Positions 49,045-60,740 of a DNA stretch of 64,000 nt are shown here, piece after piece; position 1 is the stretch's first letter, and each line of letters opens with the position of its first letter. The position numbers and the translations under genes were made by a program. The DNA is from Flavobacterium sp. (GTDB lineage Bacteria; Bacteroidota; Bacteroidia; Flavobacteriales; Flavobacteriaceae). The stretch covers positions 226,719 through 290,718 of the forward strand of contig NZ_JAGIAV010000003.1 of assembly GCF_017744675.1 (NCBI RefSeq). Direction: 5' to 3'. The notes under the pieces were generated by a model that worked only from the letters and a program-made list of their open reading frames with translations, ran no database searches and was not told the origin of the DNA.

Positions 49045-49221
49045 TTTTATAGTGTTCAGTGGTCAGTTTTTTTTAGTGGTCAGTTATAGATAGTAATCAG
49101 TGTTCAGGTTTTTTGGCAATCAGTTTTGATTTTATCGTGTTCAATTCTTTTTGTTATCAGTATTAACTGAATACTAATAATCTGAACACTGGATACTAAA
49201 AACCCGTCTACTGGTCACTTT
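49045..49221. repeat. Intergenic cluster of short degenerate palindromic repeats (CAGTGTTCAG / CTGAACACTG type)
   Basis: Contains gtgttcagtggtcagt, tagtggtcagt, cagtgttcag (near 49103), ctgaacactg (near 49172) and cagtattaactgaatactaa. There is no ORF. Confidence 0.6.
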
Positions 49222-52401
<3,180 letters not shown>

Positions 52402-52403
52402 TT

Positions 52404-52538
52404 AAACACATAGAAACATAGTTTTTCTTTATCTGAAAGGCGTTTCACTTATTTCAAAAACACATAGTCATGTGTGGGGAACTAGTTTCTCTTAATAAAT
52501 CTTTTGCCCTTAAAAGAAAAAACTATGTTTGTATGTGT
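52404..52538. repeat. MITE/REP-like element, copy 2 (terminal inverted repeats AACACATAGAAACATAG), interior inverted relative to copy 1
   Basis: The left end is aaacacatagaaacatag and the right end is ctatgtttgtatgtgt. The interior carries ggcgtttcac ... acacatagtcatgtgtg, the reverse complement of the copy-1 order. Confidence 0.75.
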
Positions 52539-52551
52539 CTATTTGAACCTT

Positions 52552-53433
52552 TTAAAACTTTAATTTTTCAGGCAAATATTTAGCAACTAATTCTTTGTAG
52601 TAAGGAAGCAAAGCTTTTACATCTGGCTTAACGGGAGCTTTTGTGTACAAATCATACGGATTGAACTTTCTAACCCAATCAAACATTTCAATATCTTTTT
52701 CATTCATTAAATGTGCATACGCATTTTCTTTATGCTGCGAATAAAAGGAATGGTAACGAATCATGTACAAGGCTGGTTCTGGCAGATAGTCTTTCATAAT
52801 CTGATAGAGATATTCATCGTGTCCCCAGCTCATTTTTACATTATCAAGTCCGCAATTTTCGGTGTAGATTCCGAATTTGGTATTGAATCTTGGATCTGTG
52901 TAATCAGGGTTTTCTTTAAAGAATTCTGGGTACACAATTTTATCCGAATACGCGCATCCAACTGGAAATGTATCGCCAACAACTGCCCATTGCGGTTCTC
53001 CAAAAAGGCATAAAACTTTACCTAAATCATGGATAAAACCCGTTAGAACAAACCAATCTGGGTGACCGTCTGCACGAATGGCTTCTGAAGTCTGCAAAAG
53101 ATGCTGTGTCTGATCTAAGTCAATATCTGGATCGCTGTCGTCTACAAGTGTGTTCAAAAAATCAACCGCTTCCCAAATTGACATTTCTTTTCTATTGAAC
53201 TGTAGAAATTCTTGTTCTTTGCTGCATACAAAATCATAGGTCTGATACGTATGGTTTATTCTATAAAATTCCTTAACTGTTTCTACTCTTTCTGAATCGA
53301 CATAATTCCTGAATTCTTCTTTCTGCTTTTCTTTTACATTTTCTTCAGAAGGATCAGGATATCGCATTAGCAAATCATCTTCCCACTCATCTAAATTTTT
53401 CAACGGATTATCTGTGTCTATATGCTTTTTCAT
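52552..53433 (-). CDS. myo-Inositol oxygenase (MIOX)
   Basis: 293 aa. Motifs: [49 protein letters not shown]. Confidence 0.85.
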   Translation of the reverse strand: MKKHIDTDNPLKNLDEWEDDLLMRYPDPSEENVKEKQKEEFRNYVDSERVETVKEFYRINHTYQTYDFVCSKEQEFLQFNRKEMSIWEAVDFLNTLVDDSDPDIDLDQTQHLLQTSEAIRADGHPDWFVLTGFIHDLGKVLCLFGEPQWAVVGDTFPVGCAYSDKIVYPEFFKENPDYTDPRFNTKFGIYTENCGLDNVKMSWGHDEYLYQIMKDYLPEPALYMIRYHSFYSQHKENAYAHLMNEKDIEMFDWVRKFNPYDLYTKAPVKPDVKALLPYYKELVAKYLPEKLKF

Positions 53434-53461
53434 AATGCTAAATAGTTATAATGTTATAAGA

Positions 53462-53469
53462 CAAAAGTA
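53462..53469 (-). promoter_or_regulatory. -7 promoter box TAnnTTTG (TACTTTTG on the minus strand)
   Basis: The forward strand reads caaaagta, 29-36 nt upstream of the MIOX ATG at 53433. Confidence 0.45.
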
Positions 53470-53613
53470 GAATTACATACTCCGTTCAAAATGGATTAAT
53501 ACATCAAAAACATGGATAATTTCGGTTTTTATAGGATTTCTACCTTAAAAACATATAAAAAGGCTTTGTTCTGTAGGATTGCTATTTAGATTTTTGAATG
53601 TTGGGCTTTGTTT

Positions 53614-53926
53614 TTTTTTAGCCACGAATTCACGAATTTTCATTTACTCGTAGAGAATATTTACTTCGAATTACACCAATTTTTACAAATTATACATTAA
53701 TGAAAATGGATTGCGTACCCAAGGTTGAAACCTTGGGCTATGTTTTTAAATATTAGAATTAAAATTTTTGTGGAGCAACTTGCAGAGATTTACTTCGTGC
53801 TTTAATTCTCTTTCGTAGGAATGATAAAGTAATCAAAACTAATTTATTTGTAGAAATTCGTGCAATTTAGGAGAAAAAGATCCAATCTACTGAGCAAAAA
53901 AAATTCGTGAATTCGTGGCTAAAAAA
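53614..53926. repeat. ~313-bp MITE-like element with 27-bp perfect terminal inverted repeats (TTTTTTAGCCACGAATTCACGAATTTT)
   Basis: The left TIR is at 53614..53640 and the right TIR at 53900..53926 (exact reverse complement). The interior carries the hairpin gtacccaaggtt-gaa-aaccttgggc (53715..53746). No ORF is present. Confidence 0.75.
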
Positions 53927-53943
53927 TAGTGGAAATACATTAT

Positions 53944-53975
53944 GTACCCAAGGTTGAAACCTTGGGCTATGTTTT
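53944..53975. repeat. Second copy of the hairpin motif gtacccaaggttgaaaccttgggctatgtttt
   Basis: Identical 32-mer to 53715..53746, with a 229-bp offset. Confidence 0.85.
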
Positions 53976-54039
53976 CTCATCTTGGTCGAATTTTACTTTA
54001 GATTTCTCTTTCGCTCAAATGGCAAAACGGTGTGTAAGA

Positions 54040-54070
54040 CCTTTGTCAAAGTTTAAAACTTTGACAAAGG
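54040..54070. repeat. Perfect 31-bp palindrome
   Basis: cctttgtcaaagttt-a-aaactttgacaaagg. Confidence 0.9.
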
Positions 54071-54091
54071 CTTTACAATTATAAATTAATG

Positions 54092-54158
54092 GAAATTCGT
54101 GCAATTTAGAAGAAAAAAATCCGATCTAATGAGCAAAAAAAATTCGTGAATTCGTGGC
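54092..54158. repeat. Direct repeat of 53853..53919 (67 nt, ends in AATTCGTGAATTCGTGGC)
   Basis: Both copies read gaaattcgtgcaatttagRagaaaaaRatccRatctaMtgagcaaaaaaaattcgtgaattcgtggc. They have the same length and differ at ~4 positions. Confidence 0.85.
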
Positions 54159-54171
54159 AGAAAAAACATAA

Positions 54172-57100
54172 TTATATCAGTTTGCTAGGCGGAAAACCAA
54201 ACTGTTTTTTAAAGCATCGGCTGAAATATAATGGATCATTGAAACCAACAAGATTAGTCACTTCAGAAACATTATATTTTTTGGTCTTAAGCAGTTCTGC
54301 CGATTTTTTCAAACGGATTGTTCTAATGAATTCGTTTGGCGCCAAATCCGTAAGCTCTTTAATTTTTCTGTAGAGTTTTGAGGAACTTACTCCCAATTTA
54401 TCGCATAAGAAATCGGTAGACAGATCGACTTCACTCAAATTATCATTGATTAGATTAGTCACTTTTTCCATAAATTCCTCATCTATTGGCGAGTGCGTCA
54501 GCATGCTTACTTTGCTTTCTACCTCTCCAGAGAATTTCTGTTTGAGCTCTAATCTTGATTTAATCATATTCTCAATAACTGTTTTAAGCAATAATGGTTC
54601 AAAAGGTTTCACCAAATATCCATCTGCTCCAGTATCGTAACCTTTCACTTTATCCATATTTTCAGAAAGTGCAGTCAGCATTATAACTGGAATATGGCTA
54701 ATGAATTCATCATTTTTAAGTTCACGGCAGAATTCCAATCCATCCATAACAGGCATCATTACATCTGTCACACATAAGATTGGCTTAATCTGACGGCAGA
54801 TTTTCAAACCTTCCTGTCCGTTTTCTGCTTCGTAAACCTTGTAATAATCTGACAAATAATCTACCAGATATTTTCTGAGTTCGCTATTGTCTTCAATCAC
54901 TACTATTTTTTCTTTTAAATCTGTATTTTGAATAATTTTCTTAGCCGCTTTTTCGGGAATAAGCATGCTTAAATTGTCATTTTTAATCGCATATTCAAAC
55001 ACTTCTTTACTTTCATAAGAGTCGCGGTCTATCGGAATTTCAGCCCTAAATGTACTTCCTTTTCCTGGTGTGCTTTCCACAGAAATAACACCTTTGTGAA
55101 GAGACACCAGAGATTTTACCAGCGACAAACCAATTCCCGATCCTGTGTTGTTTGCGTGACTGTTTGCTACCTGATAAAAACGTTTAAAGATTTTATTCTG
55201 ACTTTTTAACGGAATCCCGATTCCGTCATCGGTTACTTCAATCACTAAAATTTCTTCAACCGTATCTTTAAGTCCGACAAACAAATCTACATTACCGTTT
55301 TTATTGGTAAACTTCAAGGCATTTGATAAAAGATTGTACAGTATCTTATCGTATTTATCATTGTCTAGCCATCCGTTTATCTCTTGCTCTTTTGTGATAA
55401 AATTGAGCTTAATTTTTTTGTCAAAAGCCATTTCCTTAAACGAATCGAAAATATTTCTCGAATAAGAAAGGATATCAGTCTGTGTCACTTTGAGCTTTAA
55501 TTCACCCGATTGTGCTTTTCTAAAATCTAAAACCTGATTTACCAGATTCAACAGTCGGCTCGCATTCTGATAAATGAGATTGTATCGGCTTTTCTCATAA
55601 TCAGTTGCGTTGCTATTTTCCTCCAAAAGCTGTTTTGCAGGTCCTAAAATCAAGGTCAAAGGCGTTCTTAATTCATGCGAAATATTGGTAAAGAAACGCA
55701 GTTTTTCGTTGTTCAGTTTAATGTCGTGTTCTCTGTTTACTTTTTCGGTAAGCAGTTCTTGTTTCAAGCGGATTCGGTTTTTAATTTCTCTTCTGATAAA
55801 ATAGAAAACCCCAAACAAAATTGCCAAAAACATTAAAAATGAAGTCGGCGTAAGCCAGAATGGAGGCAGGATTTTTATTTTATAAGAAACCGTTTTACTC
55901 CAATATCCGTCACTGTTGCTTGATCGTATTTTAAAAGTATAATTTCCTGGATACAAGTTCGTGTACTGCACAATTCTCGAAGTGCTGTTGGCTGTAATCC
56001 AATGTTTATCAAAACCTTCTAGCATGTATTGAAATCTGTTCAATTTTTCATTTGCGAATGAAGGAGTCGAAAACTGAATCGAAAAATTACGGTTTTTATG
56101 CGTAAGCTCTATTTCTTTGCCATAGTTCAGGTCTTTTGAAAGCGGGATTTCGCCATTGATTTCCATTTCTGGAAAAACTTCTTCATTCTGAATCTTAAAT
56201 TCAGAAATAACAGGCGTTGGCGACCATTTGTTTCGTTTCATTGCCGGCGGCGAAAAAGAAATTACTCCGTTTTTGCCTCCTAGAAAAATATTCGAATTAT
56301 TAAAATAAAAGAAACCGCTTGAGCTAAAAACATCTAATCTGTTACCGCTGTTTACGTGGTAAATGCTGACATCATTTAAATTGGCTTTAACAAAAGCAAT
56401 GTTGTTGTTATTGATATTAAGCCACAGATTTCCCTTTGCATCGGAGAGAATATCCGTAATCCATTTTCCTGAAAGCTCCTTAAGTTTTTTTACAGGTTCA
56501 AATTCATTCTTTTTCGGATTGTATAAGCAAAGTCCAGAGCGTGTTGAAGCCCAAATTTTACCTTTGACATCCACTAAAACATCACTCACATTTTCATCAT
56601 GAGGAACACCTTTTTCTTTGATAAAAAGTGACGAATAGGTTTCTATCTTTCCTGAATTGATGTTGTATTTTACCACTCCCGTTTCTGTGGCAAACCAGAT
56701 ATTATTTTTGGCGTCTCTGTCAATGGCATTGATCTGAAAGTTTGGCAAAAGCTTGCTTGAAGTCTGAAATTGCAGGGTTTTAGTATTCAAAATTACAGCT
56801 CCTTCTCCAAACGAACCTACAATCATGGACTCATTATCAATTTTAGAAAAAGCAAAAACAGGCGATTTTTCAAACCCTGTCTTTATTTCTCGAGAAGAAT
56901 TTGTAAGATAGTTGTACACCAAAATATTTCCATCCCAAAGACCGCAGTAAAAAATCTTTCCGTCATCTGAATAAATGCTGGCAATATCTTTTCCTGTGTT
57001 GTGCAAAGGAACTGAACCTTTTGTATTCGAAATAAAAAGTCCGTTATGATAAGTCGCTACAATTACTTTTTCATCGTATGTTTTAGCAAAACCTCTAATT

Positions 57101-58203
57101 CTAGGTGCTTGATTGCCAATAGAACGCGAAATGTCTTTGTTTAATGTAAACTGGTTTTCATAAGGATCATACTTGTCTAAACCGTCTTCGGTTCCAATCC
57201 ATAATACGCCAGATTTATCAAAATAAAGTGAGGCTATTAAATTATCAACCAGCGAACTATCATCAGACAAAATGGAATAATACCATTTGTAATTTCCTTT
57301 CTGAATATCTTCCAGCTCATTGCAAACTAATAATCCGCCCAGAGTTCCTACCCAATATTTACCATCAGGAGCTCTTGCAACAGATAAAAAATAAGGCCCT
57401 AAAGCACCTCTAATCTGTTTGTTGTCGATGTATAGATCGACAAACTGATTTTTGGCTTTGTCCAATTTATATAATCCTTCTCTTGTTCCGATGAAAATAT
57501 CCGACTTGGCATCTTCATAAATAAAATTAAGATACGGGTTTTTGATATTTGAATTGGGTACAGAAAGTGTATACGTGATAATTCTAACTATCGCTCCTTT
57601 TGCATCCATTGTAATTTTCGCAACGCCCGATTTTTCATAACTTCCAATCCAAACATTGCCTTTTTTGTCTTCAAAAATATCTTTGACGTAATCAAAACCT
57701 TTAAGCTGGATTTTTTCAAATCGCTTTTCTTGCAAAGAAAATAGATAAACTCCTTTGTTCTTGGTACCAACCCAAACTCGATTGAATTTATCTGCATAAA
57801 CCGATCTCACTTCGTCATCAGGAAGGCTGTTTGGATCGTTCTTTTTATGAAAAAAAGTGGTAAACACATGGGTATCCATTTTGAAAAGCGTCAATCCCTT
57901 TCGGGTGCCTATCCATAAATTATTGGAAGCTTCATCTAATTCTAAAGCTGTAATATCATCATTGTACAATTTATTTTTTCCAGGAGCAGAACTCATGTAG
58001 TTTTTAAACTGATAGCCGTCAAAACGGTTTAATCCAGAGAAAGTTCCAAACCACATAAAACCTTTCTTATCCTGTACAATATGGCGTACCGAATTGTGCG
58101 ACAGCCCATTATTGTCGTTATAATGCGCAAATTTTATATTCTGTGAATAAGAATGATAAAAAGCAACAGAAAACAAGAATAATATTAGGAATTTGAGTCT
58201 CAT
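54172..58203 (-). CDS. Hybrid two-component system regulator (periplasmic beta-propeller/Y_Y_Y sensor, HisKA, HATPase, receiver, AraC-type HTH)
   Basis: 1343 aa. It has a signal/TM segment and propeller repeats (WIGT..GL). A TM segment sits near aa 780. Then come FFTNISHELRTPLTLI, GSGIGLSLVK, a receiver (IVVIEDNSELR..DVMMPVMDG..KP), and a C-terminal HTH (VGFNDPLYFSRCFKKQFGFPPSK). Confidence 0.9.
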   Translation of the reverse strand: MRLKFLILFLFSVAFYHSYSQNIKFAHYNDNNGLSHNSVRHIVQDKKGFMWFGTFSGLNRFDGYQFKNYMSSAPGKNKLYNDDITALELDEASNNLWIGTRKGLTLFKMDTHVFTTFFHKKNDPNSLPDDEVRSVYADKFNRVWVGTKNKGVYLFSLQEKRFEKIQLKGFDYVKDIFEDKKGNVWIGSYEKSGVAKITMDAKGAIVRIITYTLSVPNSNIKNPYLNFIYEDAKSDIFIGTREGLYKLDKAKNQFVDLYIDNKQIRGALGPYFLSVARAPDGKYWVGTLGGLLVCNELEDIQKGNYKWYYSILSDDSSLVDNLIASLYFDKSGVLWIGTEDGLDKYDPYENQFTLNKDISRSIGNQAPRIRGFAKTYDEKVIVATYHNGLFISNTKGSVPLHNTGKDIASIYSDDGKIFYCGLWDGNILVYNYLTNSSREIKTGFEKSPVFAFSKIDNESMIVGSFGEGAVILNTKTLQFQTSSKLLPNFQINAIDRDAKNNIWFATETGVVKYNINSGKIETYSSLFIKEKGVPHDENVSDVLVDVKGKIWASTRSGLCLYNPKKNEFEPVKKLKELSGKWITDILSDAKGNLWLNINNNNIAFVKANLNDVSIYHVNSGNRLDVFSSSGFFYFNNSNIFLGGKNGVISFSPPAMKRNKWSPTPVISEFKIQNEEVFPEMEINGEIPLSKDLNYGKEIELTHKNRNFSIQFSTPSFANEKLNRFQYMLEGFDKHWITANSTSRIVQYTNLYPGNYTFKIRSSNSDGYWSKTVSYKIKILPPFWLTPTSFLMFLAILFGVFYFIRREIKNRIRLKQELLTEKVNREHDIKLNNEKLRFFTNISHELRTPLTLILGPAKQLLEENSNATDYEKSRYNLIYQNASRLLNLVNQVLDFRKAQSGELKLKVTQTDILSYSRNIFDSFKEMAFDKKIKLNFITKEQEINGWLDNDKYDKILYNLLSNALKFTNKNGNVDLFVGLKDTVEEILVIEVTDDGIGIPLKSQNKIFKRFYQVANSHANNTGSGIGLSLVKSLVSLHKGVISVESTPGKGSTFRAEIPIDRDSYESKEVFEYAIKNDNLSMLIPEKAAKKIIQNTDLKEKIVVIEDNSELRKYLVDYLSDYYKVYEAENGQEGLKICRQIKPILCVTDVMMPVMDGLEFCRELKNDEFISHIPVIMLTALSENMDKVKGYDTGADGYLVKPFEPLLLKTVIENMIKSRLELKQKFSGEVESKVSMLTHSPIDEEFMEKVTNLINDNLSEVDLSTDFLCDKLGVSSSKLYRKIKELTDLAPNEFIRTIRLKKSAELLKTKKYNVSEVTNLVGFNDPLYFSRCFKKQFGFPPSKLI

Positions 58204-58256
58204 GAAAATAAATTATAAATGCAATTTAGTCTTTTTTGATCTAATAAATATCAAAA

Positions 58257-60092
58257 TTATTTAACAGATAAATTATCAATTCTATTATTTTTTAAATCAA
58301 TTTTAAAATGATTGGAAGGCTCGCCATTCATGGTTTTATAGAATATCTCTGACCATAAAACCAGTTGTGGATTATCTGATTTTTTCAATTGTTTGCAGAT
58401 CAGCTCATATTGCTTTAATTTCTTGGTTCCAATCTCTGGAGCAGCCAGTTCTCCAGCATTTTTTAAACGGTAAAAATCGAAAATCATATCGAATCCGTTC
58501 CATGATTCAAAATCAGAAAAAGTTAATAAGTTTTCTTTCAGCTCTTTATCGAGGTCATAGCTATTTTTATTCTTTTCTAACAAATCTCTTCCTGAAAGAT
58601 TTACAATTGACTTTAAAAATTCGACTGGAAAATCTTCTGGCAAAAAGCGTAATCTTACCAATTCTTTCAAATGCCAAGTTGTAAAATCTTTATAATCATT
58701 TGCCTTTAAAATTTCTTTGTTCCAAATTGCATTGCTTTTGATTTCTTTTAAATGAGCATATTCTTCTTCGTAAAAAGGAAACAAGCTATTGTATTTATTG
58801 ACTTTTCCCACGACAATAGTTTCCACTTCCAGTTCTGAACCAGAATGAATCGTCAATATTTTATAAGCGGGCATGTAAGCGGCAAGCGATGGAGTTTGAA
58901 TATTGAAAAGCGTATTTCCTTTTGCCGTTGTTCGAACGCCTGTATTGTTGATGTGCATGTGTCCGCCAAAATGAACCTTAATTCCAGCATCTGCAAACTG
59001 TTGCGCCACTTCTTCATCTGGAACACGCTGCAATTGCATTTTATCGGCACCAAAAAGCTGCTTTAATTCGGGAGAAGCATTGTCATTAAATTCTACCATT
59101 GGGTAATGGCTGAAAGCGATCAGAATTTTTCCTTTCTCTTTGGCTTCTGCAGCGACTTTTTTTACCCAGTTTAGCAAATGGCTTTTATAAATCAGAACGT
59201 TATTGTAACCTGTATTGGCTCCCGAAAAATCATGCGGATCGTCTGCTTTTCCTGATAATTTCTCATTTGGAACATAGGCATTGGCATCGATTGCTAAAAG
59301 CCAGATTCCTTTCACTGGTTCAACCAAATAACTTGCATCTGGCAGAAACAAATTGGTGTTTTTAACTGCATAAGTCCTTTTTTCTAAAGGCGACTCTTTT
59401 TCAGCTTCTTCAAAATTATATTGTGAGTAAGTGTATTTTGAAAATGGCGTTTCCCAGTACAAATCAGTCTTTTTTGGAAAAAAACCAAAATCTCGCATTT
59501 CATGAATCGTTTCTTTGTAGCCCCAATTTTTGATATCGGCGGTTATGATGGGAACAAGTTCGCTTTTACTTTTTTTCAAAATATTTTCAGAACTGCTTAT
59601 AATCTGTTCTTTTCCGTCTTTTCCTAAAAAATCAGTCTTAACAGCATCTTGTGCAAAAGGTCGCACAACATCATGATTTCCTGTGGTTACATAGAATGAA
59701 ATACCATATTTGTGGGAATATTGATCGAGAATTTTTCGCAATCCACGGACATGTACAGGTTGTCCGTCATCGCTGAAGTCACCAGGAAGGACCACCTGCT
59801 TTATGCCTCTTTTTACAATATCATTTAAAGCTTCTAAAAAAGCGAAGTAATTTTCATTAAAAATTCGGGTAGAATGCAGCTGGGCATTCATGGTTCTGAT
59901 ATTAGCATATTCGCCCGTTTCAGGGTTTTGAATGCCTTGGTAATCGTTATCTTCAAATTTGGCAAAAATATCCTGCAAATGCGCATCGGCTATAAAAGCA
60001 ATCTTTGTTTTTTGGTCATGCAAATGCTGTTCTGTTTTACAGGAAATCAGAACAGCAAAAATCAATAAGCAAAAGATATTTTTGAATGCCAT
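58257..60092 (-). CDS. Secreted metallophosphoesterase (calcineurin-like)
   Basis: 611 aa with a signal peptide/lipobox (LISCK). Motifs: FIADAHLQD, LPGDFSDDG, TTGNHD, GGHMH. Confidence 0.75.
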   Translation of the reverse strand: MAFKNIFCLLIFAVLISCKTEQHLHDQKTKIAFIADAHLQDIFAKFEDNDYQGIQNPETGEYANIRTMNAQLHSTRIFNENYFAFLEALNDIVKRGIKQVVLPGDFSDDGQPVHVRGLRKILDQYSHKYGISFYVTTGNHDVVRPFAQDAVKTDFLGKDGKEQIISSSENILKKSKSELVPIITADIKNWGYKETIHEMRDFGFFPKKTDLYWETPFSKYTYSQYNFEEAEKESPLEKRTYAVKNTNLFLPDASYLVEPVKGIWLLAIDANAYVPNEKLSGKADDPHDFSGANTGYNNVLIYKSHLLNWVKKVAAEAKEKGKILIAFSHYPMVEFNDNASPELKQLFGADKMQLQRVPDEEVAQQFADAGIKVHFGGHMHINNTGVRTTAKGNTLFNIQTPSLAAYMPAYKILTIHSGSELEVETIVVGKVNKYNSLFPFYEEEYAHLKEIKSNAIWNKEILKANDYKDFTTWHLKELVRLRFLPEDFPVEFLKSIVNLSGRDLLEKNKNSYDLDKELKENLLTFSDFESWNGFDMIFDFYRLKNAGELAAPEIGTKKLKQYELICKQLKKSDNPQLVLWSEIFYKTMNGEPSNHFKIDLKNNRIDNLSVK

Positions 60093-60115
60093 TTTATGGT
60101 TTATTATTATAGCTA

Positions 60116-60146
60116 AGACCTGACGGGTTAAAATCCTGTCAGGTCT
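60116..60146 (-). terminator. Intercistronic 12-bp-stem hairpin (weak T-run; terminator or RNA-stability element)
   Basis: agacctgacggg-ttaaaat-cctgtcaggtct lies between the 60165 stop and the 60092 start. Confidence 0.4.
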
Positions 60147-60164
60147 GCTTTATAAAACATTTTA

Positions 60165-60725
60165 TTAATCCACGACCTTTACCAACGTTGGGTTGATTCC
60201 TAACGGATTATTGGTGACTTTACAGATGAGTGGAAAATCTGGATTTTTTACAATCCACATTTCGGTTTCGTCGATCTGCGCTTTTACATGCAGAGCGTCT
60301 ATTGTTTTTCCGTCAATTTGAACACTTTCAGTATTTTTTTCATCCAAAACATAGGTCGTATTATTATAAACGAAAGAGCCTTTTTTTATCAAGTTCTGAT
60401 AAGCTGATCTAGAAATCATGAAAAAAGTTTCTGTTGGTTTTAAATTTAAAACAGGCGCATATTCTCCTTGATTAAAACTTAATTCGGTTCCATTCTGTAC
60501 GGCTTCTGGAAGCATCACGATTTTACTTTTCACGCCTCTGGTTTCCAATTTAAAAGCCAGTTTATTAGCCGCTGTTTCGGCAGTGAGCTGAAGACTTCTG
60601 GTTTGTCCGTGAAGCTTGCAGACATAATGCAGCTGAGTGTTATTTTTTATTGTCGGAATGTACTGCTGTGCAATTCCTTTCTGATAAACGATGCAGAAAA
60701 GAAGCATTAAAAATATATTTTTCAT
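60165..60725 (-). CDS. Hypothetical secreted protein
   Basis: 186 aa with a signal peptide (MKNIFLMLLFCIVYQKGIAQ). No motif recognised. Confidence 0.55.
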   Translation of the reverse strand: MKNIFLMLLFCIVYQKGIAQQYIPTIKNNTQLHYVCKLHGQTRSLQLTAETAANKLAFKLETRGVKSKIVMLPEAVQNGTELSFNQGEYAPVLNLKPTETFFMISRSAYQNLIKKGSFVYNNTTYVLDEKNTESVQIDGKTIDALHVKAQIDETEMWIVKNPDFPLICKVTNNPLGINPTLVKVVD

Positions 60726-60740
60726 CCTGTTTATCCTTTT

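Noticed and set aside
53434-54171. Repeat-rich non-coding region considered as a possible CRISPR array
   Set aside because: The repeats come from several different sequences and occur in both orientations. Their spacing is irregular (229 and 239 bp), far longer than spacer lengths. No cas genes are nearby. The region fits MITE/REP-like elements.
54146-54373. 75-aa plus-strand ORF overlapping the 3' end of the hybrid regulator gene
   Set aside because: It starts inside the repeat element and runs antisense to a strongly supported 1343-aa gene.
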